Below are positions 18,421 to 27,832 of a stretch of 64,000 nt of DNA, in pieces. The number at the start of each line of letters is the position of its first letter. Within the stretch, counting starts at the first letter, position 1. The stretch is from an uncultured Planctomycetaceae bacterium. GTDB taxonomy: Bacteria > Planctomycetota > Phycisphaerae > SM23-33. The DNA is taken from NCBI GenBank assembly GCA_964472875.1, contig CAYYMD010000005.1, forward strand, positions 7,670 through 71,669, read 5' to 3'. Under the pieces are notes generated by a model that worked only from the letters and a program-made list of their open reading frames with translations, had not been told where the DNA came from and did no database searches. The position numbers and the translations under genes are program-made.

Positions 18421-18833
18421 TTGTCTGCTGTCTGCCTCGAAAAAGCGCGGCTTTTGAGAGGATCGCGGGTCAGAATTATGATTAACCACTGCAATACATA
18501 CACTTACGAATTTCTGTCAAGGGTAAAAAACGCGCAATATCGCGCAAAAAGGTCTAAAAACCTGCAACAGCCCGGCACAACGCGCAAAAAACCGGCAATT
18601 CCTGAAATAACTTACAAAGACGAGCAATACAGGCCCGAGTTCCAAGTTCCTCGCAAACGTCTTGAACGCACAGCCGGGCGAAAATACTTGCTCCCTGCGC
18701 TGAATTTGTTAATTTTACATTAATCGCAAATGCTCGTATCGGTAACGGGCCCGCCGGTACGAGAATTATTCACGGGGCCTGAATAAATTGGCGATAAAAT
18801 GGTTCGTTTAACCGCCGCCAGGAAAGGTCAATT

Positions 18834-21335
18834 ATGTCAATTATAAACACACTATCCCGTTTTGCTTTGTCACATGTTTTGTTTCTCGGCCTGCTGACCG
18901 TCTCTTTCATGGCCACGGGTCTGCGTGCGGATACGTCGCTGCTGCCGATGGAATCGCCCCAACGGGGATTCGTCAGCACGCGTCCGGCCGAGACGTGGGA
19001 GCAGGGGCTCCTGACGGGCAACGGCACCGTCGGGGCGAACGTCTTCGCCCGCCCGCTGGAGGAGACGATAATATTCACGCACGAGCGCCTGTTCCTGCCG
19101 CAGGGCGACCCGCACATGCCTCCGCCTCAGATGGGCACGCGATTGTACGACATCCGCCGTCTGATAGACCGCGGGCTCTACAGCCAGGCCGCGCAACTGG
19201 CGTCCGACCTGTCCGAACAGGACGGTTTCATGTACCCCGACCCGTTTGTGCCGGCCTTTGATATGAAAATAGACATGACATCGCCGGGGACGTCAGCGAT
19301 CGAGCGCTACCGTCGCGGCGTGAATTTCGAAAACGGCCTGGCCGGTGTGCAGTGGAAGGACGGCAGGGGCGTGTTCGAGCGGCGAATGATGGTTTCCCGG
19401 GCAGACGACCTTGCGGCGATGCAGATACGCGCGTCCAAGGCCGGTTCTATCCACTGCACCCTGGATCTGACGCCCCGCCGGCCCAGCGAGAAAATCGATG
19501 AGAAAAAACGCCGCCAGTCCGTCCGGCGTTTCGAAAATTCAATTAAGGACCTTGAGATTACCGCCGACGGCCGCACGCTGACCTTCCGCAACACCTTCGC
19601 AAACGCCTACCCGGGCAGCGTTCAAGCCGTCGAGGGCGTGGTGCACGTCCGCACGCAGGGCGGAAAGGTCACCACGAAGGACCGGACGATGATCATCGAC
19701 GGGGCGGACGAGGTTACGCTGCTTGTCGACGTGAATGTTATTTACAGGAAGGACCATTCGCGCATCGAGCAGACAAAATCGCGCCTGGCCGGCATAAAGC
19801 ACGATTTCGAGACTCTGCTGGAGCGGCATGCGCGTATCCACGGCGAGATGTTCAACCGGATGCGCCTGGAAATCGGCGGCGAGCATCACGACTGGAGCAC
19901 CGAGAAACTGCTGGCCGCCTCGACGAACGAAAAACTCTCGCGGACGCTGATTGAGAAGGAATTCGACGCCGCCCGCTACAACATAATCTGCAGCACGGGC
20001 GAGCTGCCGCCGGTGCTTCAGGGAATCTGGGCGGGGACATACGTCCCGTCGTGGGCGAGCGACTTTACGCACAACGGCAACGTTCCTTCGGCCATCGCCG
20101 CAATGCTCATGGGCAACACGCCGGAACTGATGCTCGCCTACACCAATTACATGGAATCCATCGTCGGCGACATGCGGGTCAACGCCAGGAACATTTTCGG
20201 CGCCCGCGGCATCGTCCTGCCCTCGCGGAGCAGCGCGCGGGCGTTCAACAACGCACTTGCGCCGAGGTTCGCCGGCGGATTCTGGGTGGCCGGCGCGCCG
20301 TGGGCGGCGCACTTCTTCTACGACTACTACCTCTACACCGGCGACAAAAAGTTCCTCGCCGAACACGCCCTGCCGTTCATGGAGGAGGCGGCCGTGTTCT
20401 TCGAAGATTACCTTTACGAAGGCCCCGACGGAAAATACGTGTTCAATCCCACCCAGTCGCCGGAAAACACACCCTCCAACACGCACTCGCAGGCCACGTT
20501 CAACGCGACGATGTCGGTGGCGGCCGTGAAGCAACTGCTGCGAAACCTCATCGAGGCCTCGCAGACGCTCGGCGTCAACGAGGACAAAATCCCCCAATGG
20601 CGCAACATGCTTGCCAAGATGCCGCCTTACCTCATCGACGAGGAACTCGGCGTGGTGAAGGAATGGCTGACGCCAAAACTCAAGGACAATCTCAACCACC
20701 GCCATTCGTCCCAGCTTTACCCCGTGTATTACACCATGTCGGAGGAAGTGGCCGGCAGCGAAAAACTGCAAAACGCCTTCAAGCGTATCGTCGAGATAAA
20801 ACTCGAGAAGCACTGGAAAGCCAAGCGCTCGGGTTTCATGTCCTTCGGCCTGGTGCAGCTTGGCCAGGCGGCCACGACTCTGGGCGACGGCGATCTGGCC
20901 TACCGCTGCCTGCGGCAACTGGTCAACCGCTACTGGCTGAACAACCTGGCGTCCATGCACAATCACCGCTCGCTGCTGAACATGGACATAAGCGGCGGCA
21001 TGCCGGCCGTCATTATCAAGATGCTGGTCGCCTCGGCACCGGGCAGGGTGCAACTGCTGCCCGCCCTGCCGAAAGAGTGGCCCGCCGGCGCCGTGGAGGG
21101 CGTGTTGTGCCGCGGCCAAATCGAGGTCGAACGGCTCCGGTGGGGCAAGGACGGCATACGCCTGCGGCTGCGCTCGGGCAAAAAGCAGACCGTCACGCTC
21201 GAAGCGCCACAGTGGGCCGACCGGGCCGAGGTGGCCGAAGGCGACGCCACTGTGAAGGCCGCCGACCGCGACAACGCCTGGCGGCTGTCGCTGCCCGCCG
21301 ACCGGCCGGTCGAACTGACTATATCGGCGAAATAA
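18834..21335 (+). CDS. GH95-family glycoside hydrolase (alpha-L-fucosidase/alpha-L-galactosidase-like)
   Basis: 833 aa with a signal peptide. The GH95 N-terminal motif GNGTVGANVF ... E.IIFTHERLF is present. The GH95 six-hairpin catalytic region (FWVAGAPWAAHFFYDYYLYTGDKKFLAEHALPFMEEAAVFFEDYL ... NPTQSPEN) closely follows the GH95 pattern. Confidence 0.65.
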   Translation: MSIINTLSRFALSHVLFLGLLTVSFMATGLRADTSLLPMESPQRGFVSTRPAETWEQGLLTGNGTVGANVFARPLEETIIFTHERLFLPQGDPHMPPPQMGTRLYDIRRLIDRGLYSQAAQLASDLSEQDGFMYPDPFVPAFDMKIDMTSPGTSAIERYRRGVNFENGLAGVQWKDGRGVFERRMMVSRADDLAAMQIRASKAGSIHCTLDLTPRRPSEKIDEKKRRQSVRRFENSIKDLEITADGRTLTFRNTFANAYPGSVQAVEGVVHVRTQGGKVTTKDRTMIIDGADEVTLLVDVNVIYRKDHSRIEQTKSRLAGIKHDFETLLERHARIHGEMFNRMRLEIGGEHHDWSTEKLLAASTNEKLSRTLIEKEFDAARYNIICSTGELPPVLQGIWAGTYVPSWASDFTHNGNVPSAIAAMLMGNTPELMLAYTNYMESIVGDMRVNARNIFGARGIVLPSRSSARAFNNALAPRFAGGFWVAGAPWAAHFFYDYYLYTGDKKFLAEHALPFMEEAAVFFEDYLYEGPDGKYVFNPTQSPENTPSNTHSQATFNATMSVAAVKQLLRNLIEASQTLGVNEDKIPQWRNMLAKMPPYLIDEELGVVKEWLTPKLKDNLNHRHSSQLYPVYYTMSEEVAGSEKLQNAFKRIVEIKLEKHWKAKRSGFMSFGLVQLGQAATTLGDGDLAYRCLRQLVNRYWLNNLASMHNHRSLLNMDISGGMPAVIIKMLVASAPGRVQLLPALPKEWPAGAVEGVLCRGQIEVERLRWGKDGIRLRLRSGKKQTVTLEAPQWADRAEVAEGDATVKAADRDNAWRLSLPADRPVELTISAK

Positions 21336-21366
21336 ACGCAAATTCTGTGTCCCCAGCGCGTCGTAG

Positions 21367-21382
21367 TCCCGGTGCGCCGGGA
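21367..21382. repeat. Dispersed palindromic motif, copy 3 (TCCCGGTGCGCCGGGA, one mismatch)
   Basis: It lies 30 nt downstream of the GH95 stop codon and is intergenic. Confidence 0.45.
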
Positions 21383-21553
21383 TAAACCAGTCTAAGACCA
21401 GGAGAGCCGCAAGCATTCCGGCCGTTCTGGCTGTATGCTTGCTCTACGCCTTTGCGATTTGGGGCAACGCAATTTGACACACTATTAAATTAATCTTAAT
21501 CGAATCTTAACAATCATTACAGAAACTTATTCCAACCTGAATATTTCACACGG

Positions 21554-21576
21554 CCGGCATGTCGGGAACATGCCGG
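21554..21576 (+). promoter_or_regulatory. Perfect 8-bp inverted repeat (CCGGCATG-TCGGGAA-CATGCCGG) 45 nt upstream of the porin-like gene start
   Basis: Seen directly in the sequence. It lies between a candidate promoter region and the strong SD AAGGAG of the 21620 gene. It could be an operator or a 5'-UTR hairpin. Confidence 0.25.
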
Positions 21577-21619
21577 GAAGGAATCTGAAAGTCTTTGAAT
21601 CAACCAATAAGGAGCACAA

Positions 21620-23059
21620 ATGATGACACAAAATAGATTCCTTGCAGCGGTGCTGGTGTCCGGACTCTTGTGCGGGGTTCTGTCTGCGGCCGAAACTTCC
21701 ATGGAAGAACTTCAGACCACCGTTGAGGCGCTGAAGGCCCGGATAAAGGACCAGGACAGGCGGATCGAGGAACTCGAGTCGCAGCAATCCGAAAACAAAA
21801 AGCAGCAGACGAAATTCCTCCAGATGTACGACAAGTTGCAGCATAGCGCCGCCGAACACGACAGCGATTTTCGCGTTTACTGGGACGACGGCCTGCGGAT
21901 GAAAAACGGCAACGGTTTTAAGATAAAGTTCGGCGGCCGGCTGATGTACGACATGGGCTGGGTCGACGGCGACGACGTGGAAGACCATTCCGACTTGGCC
22001 GGCGGAGATAACGACCTCGAGGACGCCGCCGACGTCCGCCGCGCGCGGTTGTATTTCCAGGGGGACATCTACGAGGATCTCCGGTTCAAGCTGCAGTTCG
22101 ACTTCGCCGGCGGCGACGCGGCGCTCAAGGACGCCTACCTGCGGTTCAAAGACGTCCCGTACGTAGGCAACATAACCATGGGCCACTTCAAGGAGCCGTT
22201 CAGTCTGGAAGAACTGACTTCCTCCAAGTACATAACGTTCATGGAGCGCGGCCTGCCCAACGCCATAGCACCCGGCCGGAACTTCGGCGTGATGGCCCAC
22301 GATTCATTTCTGGAAGACAACATGACGTACGCTATCGGCATCTTTCGCGACGTGGACGGCTACGGCGAAGACAACCCCGACGACAACGACGAGGACGGCG
22401 GATACAACATGACCGCCCGCGTCACGGCCGTGCCGTGGTACGCCGACGAGGGGAAGAAACTGCTTCACCTTGGCGGCTCTTATTCGCTGCGACACCCGCA
22501 GGAAGAGAGCATAAGGTTCCGCGCCAGGCCCGAGGCGCATTTTCTCTCGGAAAGGTACGTGGACGTAACGACCCCGGCCGAGTGGGAAAACAGGTTCGGC
22601 GCCGAGACTGCCATGGTTTACGGGCCCCTTTCGGCCCAGGCGGAATACATGGCCGTGGTCCCTGACGCCGGCAACGAGGCCGAAGTGGAGCCCACGCTGC
22701 AGGGCGCCTATGCATACGTGAGTTACTTCCTCACCGGCGAGCACCGCAACTACAGCCGCTCTTCGGGGACCTTCAAGCGGGTGACGCCGAAGAAGAATTT
22801 CCGCGAGGACGGCGGCCTGGGCGCATGGGAAGTGGGCGCCCGCTGGTCGTGGCTGGATTTCACGGACAATCCGCTGGAAGACACCGACGACGGCGCAAGG
22901 GAACTCAACAACGTCACGCTGGGCGTCAACTGGTATCTGAACCCGAACGTGCGACTGATGTGGAACTGGGTGCATCCCGTCGTCGAGGATGAGGGCCCGG
23001 TCGACGACTGGAAGGAAGAGAACGACATCTTCATGATGCGCATGCAGGTGGACTTCTGA
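21620..23059 (+). CDS. Putative outer-membrane porin (OprO/OprP-like beta-barrel) with N-terminal coiled coil
   Basis: A signal peptide is followed by about 60 aa of coiled coil. The remainder is rich in alternating amphipathic beta-strand segments and Asp/Gly loops, with a C-terminal aromatic (MRMQVDF). A strong Shine-Dalgarno (AAGGAG) lies upstream. Confidence 0.45.
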   Translation: MMTQNRFLAAVLVSGLLCGVLSAAETSMEELQTTVEALKARIKDQDRRIEELESQQSENKKQQTKFLQMYDKLQHSAAEHDSDFRVYWDDGLRMKNGNGFKIKFGGRLMYDMGWVDGDDVEDHSDLAGGDNDLEDAADVRRARLYFQGDIYEDLRFKLQFDFAGGDAALKDAYLRFKDVPYVGNITMGHFKEPFSLEELTSSKYITFMERGLPNAIAPGRNFGVMAHDSFLEDNMTYAIGIFRDVDGYGEDNPDDNDEDGGYNMTARVTAVPWYADEGKKLLHLGGSYSLRHPQEESIRFRARPEAHFLSERYVDVTTPAEWENRFGAETAMVYGPLSAQAEYMAVVPDAGNEAEVEPTLQGAYAYVSYFLTGEHRNYSRSSGTFKRVTPKKNFREDGGLGAWEVGARWSWLDFTDNPLEDTDDGARELNNVTLGVNWYLNPNVRLMWNWVHPVVEDEGPVDDWKEENDIFMMRMQVDF

Positions 23060-23100
23060 ATCCGCCTGCGGGTTTTGCAGTTATATTACGGTCGGCGGGC

Positions 23101-24519
23101 TTACATGGCGCGCCGGGAAGAAGACGAATCTCCGCTGAGCCGGCCGAAGAGCGTAAGCGGTGAGGCGTCGGTGATGTTGACGCGGACGTACCGGCCGGCC
23201 AGCTCCGCCGGGCCGTCGAAGATGACGATGTGGTCCCAGCGCGTGCGGCCGGTCAGTTGCACCTGCCCCGCCGGTGGCTCGCCCGTCTGCTTGCCGCTTC
23301 GCGGCGATGGGCCTTCGGTCAGGACTTCGACCTCCCGGCCGACGTATTGGCGATGATGCGTCAGGCCGACTTTCTGCTGGACGGCCAGCAGTTCGTTGTT
23401 GCGGCGCTTTTTTACTGCAAGTGGAACATCGTCTTTGAGCCGCCCGTCGGCGGTTGTCCCCGGCCGTGGGGAGTATTTGAAAATGAATGAATTTTTGTAG
23501 CCGGCTGTTCGGATAAGGTCCGCGGATGCGTCGTGGTCGGCATCCGTCTCGCCGGGAAAGCCGACTATGAAGTCGCCGGCCAGCACGACGCCCGGGACGA
23601 TTTCCCTCGCGCGGGCGACGAAGTCGTCGTACTGTGCCCGCGTGTAGCCGCGCTTCATCCGCTTCAGCACCGCGTCCGAGCCGCTCTGGGCCGGGCAGTG
23701 AATGTACTCGCACAGGTTTGGCAGGTCACGCATGGCCGCCAGGATGTCGTCGCCGAAGCCGGCCGGGTGGGATGTTACGAACCGCAGCCGCCGCAGGTTG
23801 TCAACGTCGGCGACCCTGGCGAGCAAATCGGCGAAAGACACCGTCCGGCCGCCGGAGCGCCAACGGTAGGCGTTGACGGTCTGGCCCAGCAGCGTTATCT
23901 CGCTTCGCCCGGCATCCACGAGACGGCGGACCTCCTCGACGACGTGGTCGGGGCTGCGGCTGTGCTGCGGGCCCCGGACATACGGCACGACGCAGTACGT
24001 GCAGAACCTGTCGCAGCCGCGCATCACGCGGACGAATGCCTGCACTCCGGCGGTGGTGTGATTGACATCGCGGCCGAGGTCCAGCGCGTCAAGGCCTGCG
24101 GCCGCCTGCTGGTCGGGCGGTTCATTCCGCGCCGGGTCGAGCGCGACTACACGCCGACCGGCGGCGGCCTCGGCCAGAAGCTCGGTCAGGCGGTGAATCT
24201 GACCCGGCCCGCATATTACGTCCACCTGCGGGTACCGGCGGGCCAGTTCCGCTCCACGCCGCTGGGCCATGCAGCCGATGATGCCGACCACGATATTTTT
24301 GCCGGATTGCTTCCGCTTGCCCTCGGCGCCGATGCGCGAAAGGACCTTGTCCTCGGCGTGGCGGCGGACCGAGCAGGTGTTATACAGGACCGCCCGCGCC
24401 TGTTTGCGGTCGGCGACCATCTCGTGGCCGGCTCGGACCAGCGAATCGGTGATTAGTTCGCTGTCCAGGCGGTTCATCTGGCAGCCCATTGTCTCAAGAT
24501 AAATCTTCATACTTTTCAT
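23101..24519 (-). CDS. miaB: tRNA methylthiotransferase (MiaB/RimO family; radical SAM MTTase)
   Basis: N-terminal MTTase domain (IYLETMGCQMN), radical-SAM CxxxCxxC (MRGCDRFCTYCVVPY) and a C-terminal TRAM domain. Confidence 0.8.
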   Translation of the reverse strand: MKSMKIYLETMGCQMNRLDSELITDSLVRAGHEMVADRKQARAVLYNTCSVRRHAEDKVLSRIGAEGKRKQSGKNIVVGIIGCMAQRRGAELARRYPQVDVICGPGQIHRLTELLAEAAAGRRVVALDPARNEPPDQQAAAGLDALDLGRDVNHTTAGVQAFVRVMRGCDRFCTYCVVPYVRGPQHSRSPDHVVEEVRRLVDAGRSEITLLGQTVNAYRWRSGGRTVSFADLLARVADVDNLRRLRFVTSHPAGFGDDILAAMRDLPNLCEYIHCPAQSGSDAVLKRMKRGYTRAQYDDFVARAREIVPGVVLAGDFIVGFPGETDADHDASADLIRTAGYKNSFIFKYSPRPGTTADGRLKDDVPLAVKKRRNNELLAVQQKVGLTHHRQYVGREVEVLTEGPSPRSGKQTGEPPAGQVQLTGRTRWDHIVIFDGPAELAGRYVRVNITDASPLTLFGRLSGDSSSSRRAM

Positions 24520-24598
24520 TCTACGAAATTTTGAACGTGAAGTTTACCGCCGGCGATGCGCTAAAATGATATAACAAGAAGATAGAAAGGAGACAGAC

Positions 24599-24940
24599 AT
24601 GGAAAAAGAACTTTGCGATTTAAAATGCAAGGCGTGCCGTGGCGACGTCGAACCGTTCGGCCCGGAGCAAATAAGCGAGTATCTCCCGCAGCTCGATGAC
24701 GCATGGAAGGTGCAGGACAACAAGCGCCTGGTGCGAGAGTTCAAACTGAAGGATTTCGCCGCGGCGCTGGAACTAGTCAACCGCATCGGCGAACTGGCCG
24801 AGCAACAACAGCACCACCCCGACATATTCCTTACCTGGGGCAAGGTGAAAGTGACGCTGATGACGCATAAGATAGGCGGCCTGCACGAAAGCGACTTTAT
24901 AATGGCGGCCAAGATCGACAAACTGTGGCAAGAGGGTTAA
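24599..24940 (+). CDS. phhB: Pterin-4a-carbinolamine dehydratase (PCD/DCoH)
   Basis: 113 aa with the hallmark EQQQHHPD motif and overall PCD length and pattern. Confidence 0.75.
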   Translation: MEKELCDLKCKACRGDVEPFGPEQISEYLPQLDDAWKVQDNKRLVREFKLKDFAAALELVNRIGELAEQQQHHPDIFLTWGKVKVTLMTHKIGGLHESDFIMAAKIDKLWQEG

Positions 24941-24972
24941 ACACAGTTTCGCAGGCACTAAAAATCTAAACG

Positions 24973-26127
24973 TCAGCCGGTGATTGTTTCCAATATCCGC
25001 AGGTAGCGTTGGTATCGGCCTGAAGGGATTTGTCCCTGCTTTACGGCATCCTTGACGGCGCAGCCGGGCTCGTGCGTGTGCGTGCAGTCATTGAACTTGC
25101 AATCTTGGGCCACATCCTCAAATTCCGGGAAGTACCACGGCAACTGCTCCGGCGACAGGTCGATGGCCAGTTCGCGTATGCCGGGCGTGTCGATCAGGAT
25201 GCCGCCTTCGCCCGCATCTTCGGCCGGCGGCAGGTCGTATACAGACGCCGCGGCCGTGGTGTGCCGCCCGCGATTGTCCTTCATGCGTATCGAGCGGGTT
25301 TTCGCCCCCGCCCCTGGAACAAGGGCGTTGACCAGTTCGCTCTTCCCCACGCCGGAGGCCCCCGCCAGGACACTTCGCCTGCCAGCCAGTTCGCGACGCA
25401 GTTCATCCACGCCGCTTCCGGTTATCGCCGATGTCTGGTATATCGGCAACTCCACGGCGCGGAACTCGGCCAGGAGTTTCTCGTCGGGGGCGGCAAGGTC
25501 CGTCTTGTTGACCACCAGCAGCGGCGCCATTTCGCCCCGCTCGGCGATTATCAGAAAACGGTCCACCAGCCCCGGTCGGAACCGCGGTCGGCGAGTGGAC
25601 GAGACAACCAGCAGGGTGTCCATGTTCGCGGCCACAACCTTCTGCACCGGTTGCGGGCCGTATTCGTCGCGATGCCGGCCGGCCTTCGGCGCCGGACGGG
25701 CCAGCACGGTCCGCCTGGGCTTTCGGGCTATTATCATGCCGTCGGCGCGGTCCTTGTCTCCTTCGGCTGCCTGTTTGGCGTCTTCGGCCACGGCCGCGGT
25801 CACCTCGTCGCCTACCGCGATGGGGCTCAGGTGCTCGCTACCGGCCGGCGGGCGAAACGCCTTTGCCACCCCGCACAGCAGTTCGCCTTCGCCGTCGGCG
25901 GGTCGAACCATCGCCCCACCGGGGAACAGGCCGGTTATCATGCCCTCGACGCACGGCAGCTCGTCGAGATTGCTGCCGGGCTCCGCCAGCCGGGACGGCG
26001 GCAGTTTGACGGCGCGGTGCGAGAGACTCTCCCGCGATGTCGCTCGGGCGTCGCCGGTCTTGCCGTCGAGATATTTTTGGCGCCAGTCTTTTATGCGCCG
26101 CTGCGATTTGCCCTTGTGTTTGGCCAT
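24973..26127 (-). CDS. rsgA: Ribosome small-subunit-dependent GTPase A
   Basis: OB-fold, a circularly permuted GTPase with P-loop GASGVGKSELVNAL, and a C-terminal zinc finger CKFNDCTHTHEPGCAV. Confidence 0.8.
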   Translation of the reverse strand: MAKHKGKSQRRIKDWRQKYLDGKTGDARATSRESLSHRAVKLPPSRLAEPGSNLDELPCVEGMITGLFPGGAMVRPADGEGELLCGVAKAFRPPAGSEHLSPIAVGDEVTAAVAEDAKQAAEGDKDRADGMIIARKPRRTVLARPAPKAGRHRDEYGPQPVQKVVAANMDTLLVVSSTRRPRFRPGLVDRFLIIAERGEMAPLLVVNKTDLAAPDEKLLAEFRAVELPIYQTSAITGSGVDELRRELAGRRSVLAGASGVGKSELVNALVPGAGAKTRSIRMKDNRGRHTTAAASVYDLPPAEDAGEGGILIDTPGIRELAIDLSPEQLPWYFPEFEDVAQDCKFNDCTHTHEPGCAVKDAVKQGQIPSGRYQRYLRILETITG

Positions 26128-26189
26128 TGTGGTGTATTTTCTCCTTATATCGTGTAAAAATCAAATCTCACCGCTGCGGGGCAATGCAC

Positions 26190-26218
26190 TTGACAACCGC
26201 TGCAATTAAGGTAAATTA
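26190..26218 (+). promoter_or_regulatory. Candidate sigma-70-type promoter for tRNA-Phe (TTGACA, 16-17-nt spacer, TAAATT)
   Basis: TTGACA at 26190-26195 and TAAATT at about 26212-26217, roughly 30 nt upstream of the mature tRNA 5' end. This applies E. coli consensus to an uncertain phylum, so it is tentative. Confidence 0.3.
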
Positions 26219-26248
26219 AAGATTTCGCTCCGTAGTCGCGGGCGTAGC

Positions 26249-26321
26249 GGGCAGGTAGCTCAGTCGGTAGAGCAACGGATTGAAAATCCGTGTGTCGGCG
26301 GTTCGAATCCGCCCCTGCCCA
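26249..26321 (+). tRNA. tRNA-Phe (anticodon GAA)
   Basis: Manual fold: acceptor GGGCAGG/CCTGCCC, D-arm TAGCTCAGTCGGTAGAGC, anticodon stem ACGGA/TCCGT with loop TTGAAAA (anticodon GAA), T-arm GGTTCGAATCC, discriminator A. CCA is not encoded, and a T-run follows. Confidence 0.85.
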
Positions 26322-26410
26322 TTTTTTATCACTTTGCAATCTTTGGGCGCCCTTGTGGCGGGCAGGTTCAACTGTTAGCATTTTTCAGGAATCACTGGTA
26401 AGGAACACCC

Positions 26411-27832
26411 GTGCCGAAGCGCAACTTAATCTGGCTAATAGTAATAGTGGCATTCACGGCCGTGCTGGGGCTGGTTCTCCGCCCGCACCGCTCGGTGAGC
26501 ATTTCCGCGCGGAAGCAGTTCCGGCCCGTCGTGCACACCTACTCGCTGATAAAAGAACATTACGTCGAGCCGATGGACGATGAGGAACTGGCCCGCAAGG
26601 CCATCCGGGCCATGGTCGGCGAACTGGATAAATACTCCACTTACATCCCTCAACAACAGGTGCAGATGGTTCAGGATCACATGCTGGGTCTGGAGCACGG
26701 TTTGGGCCTGGTGTGGGAGTTTGAAGACTCTGCGGTTAAGATACTCGGCCCGCTGCCCGATTCGCCTGCATGGAGGGCGGGAATATGCACCGGAGATGAA
26801 ATCGTGGAAATAGACGGGCAGGCAACAGCCGAACTTGGCAAGGATAAAATTTGCGAACTGCTTGACCCGCAGCAGGACGATCGCGTTGCGCTGACCGTCC
26901 TCCGCGGCGGCCGACAGCAGGAGCACGTTACACTCGCGGCCGATAAGTTTCCCATCCGCACCGTCACGGGTATGTACCGCCGCGACGATTCGCGGTGGGT
27001 GTATCGCCTGCCGCCGGCGGAAGACAAAGGCCTCCCCCGGCGTAAAAATCGTTCGCCCGCATACATCCGCATACGCGAATTCGTCCGCACGACCGGCGAG
27101 CAGTTCCGGCAGGCGGTGCGGCAGGCGCCGCTGCGGGACGGGATGATACTCGACCTGCGCGACAACCCCGGCGGGCTGTTGCCTGTGGCGGTTGAAACGG
27201 CAGATATGTTCCTCCGCGACGGACCCATTGTAACCGTCGTCGAGCGGGACGGGCCGCCGGAGCTATACCGCGCGCACGCCGACGGAACGCTGCCGGACGG
27301 GATGCTGGTGGTGCTGGTTAATTCAGAAACCGCTTCGGCGGCCGAACTGCTGGCCGGGACGCTGCTGGCGGGCGACCGGGCGGTTATTATCGGCGCGCCC
27401 ACGCGGGGCAAACACTGCATCCAGAGCATGTTTCCGCTCGGCGACGAGATGGGACAGTTGAACCTGACAACTTCGCGGTTTTTCGTTGGCGAATACGAAC
27501 CCGAGGAAAAATCCACAACGCCGCAGGCGGATAACGATACCACCGCCGAAGAAACAAGTCACACCGACGAACCTGTCACGCCCGACTTGCTGGTGGAAGT
27601 CACGGACGAACAACTCGAAAAAATACGATGCTTCCGCCGGCGGCAGGAGGTTCTGCGACGACGGGGCGAAACACGCACCGACGATAACGCGCCACGGCCT
27701 CGGCAGTACGACCCTCAACTGGCCGCGGCCGAGGAACTGTTGAATAATCCCCGAAAATATTATTCCATAATTGCCGAGCGTAAGCGCCGCCGCTCCGAGC
27801 GAACGAGCGAATTAAAGGCAACTTCTGAATGA
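26411..27832 (+). CDS. ctpA: Carboxyl-terminal processing protease (S41 family) with PDZ domain
   Basis: N-terminal TM/signal, a PDZ segment (ILGPLPDSPAWRAGICTGDEIVEIDGQ) and an S41 catalytic region (ILDLRDNPGGLL). A low-complexity charged C-terminal extension follows. Confidence 0.75.
   Translation: MPKRNLIWLIVIVAFTAVLGLVLRPHRSVSISARKQFRPVVHTYSLIKEHYVEPMDDEELARKAIRAMVGELDKYSTYIPQQQVQMVQDHMLGLEHGLGLVWEFEDSAVKILGPLPDSPAWRAGICTGDEIVEIDGQATAELGKDKICELLDPQQDDRVALTVLRGGRQQEHVTLAADKFPIRTVTGMYRRDDSRWVYRLPPAEDKGLPRRKNRSPAYIRIREFVRTTGEQFRQAVRQAPLRDGMILDLRDNPGGLLPVAVETADMFLRDGPIVTVVERDGPPELYRAHADGTLPDGMLVVLVNSETASAAELLAGTLLAGDRAVIIGAPTRGKHCIQSMFPLGDEMGQLNLTTSRFFVGEYEPEEKSTTPQADNDTTAEETSHTDEPVTPDLLVEVTDEQLEKIRCFRRRQEVLRRRGETRTDDNAPRPRQYDPQLAAAEELLNNPRKYYSIIAERKRRRSERTSELKATSE

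Noticed and set aside
17714-18723. Several ORFs of 60-173 aa on both strands inside the repeat-rich intergenic region (for example 17751-18272 and 18319-18723)
   Set aside because: Their frames run through microsatellite repeats and homopolymer tracts. Their amino-acid composition is erratic. None has an RBS or host-like GC3. The region is treated as non-coding.
19539-21416. 625-aa ORF on the minus strand
   Set aside because: It lies entirely antisense to the well-supported GH95 gene (18834-21335). Its product is Arg/Gly/Ala/Val-rich low-complexity sequence of the kind high-GC DNA produces on the opposite strand. No domain signature was seen.
25030-26209. Two long plus-strand ORFs (375 aa and 385 aa)
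   Set aside because: They are antisense to rsgA, whose P-loop and C-terminal zinc-finger motifs are unambiguous. The plus-strand products are low-complexity.
26677-27543. 288-aa minus-strand ORF, Ser/Arg/Pro-rich
   Set aside because: It is antisense to the S41 protease/PDZ gene, which carries clear family motifs.
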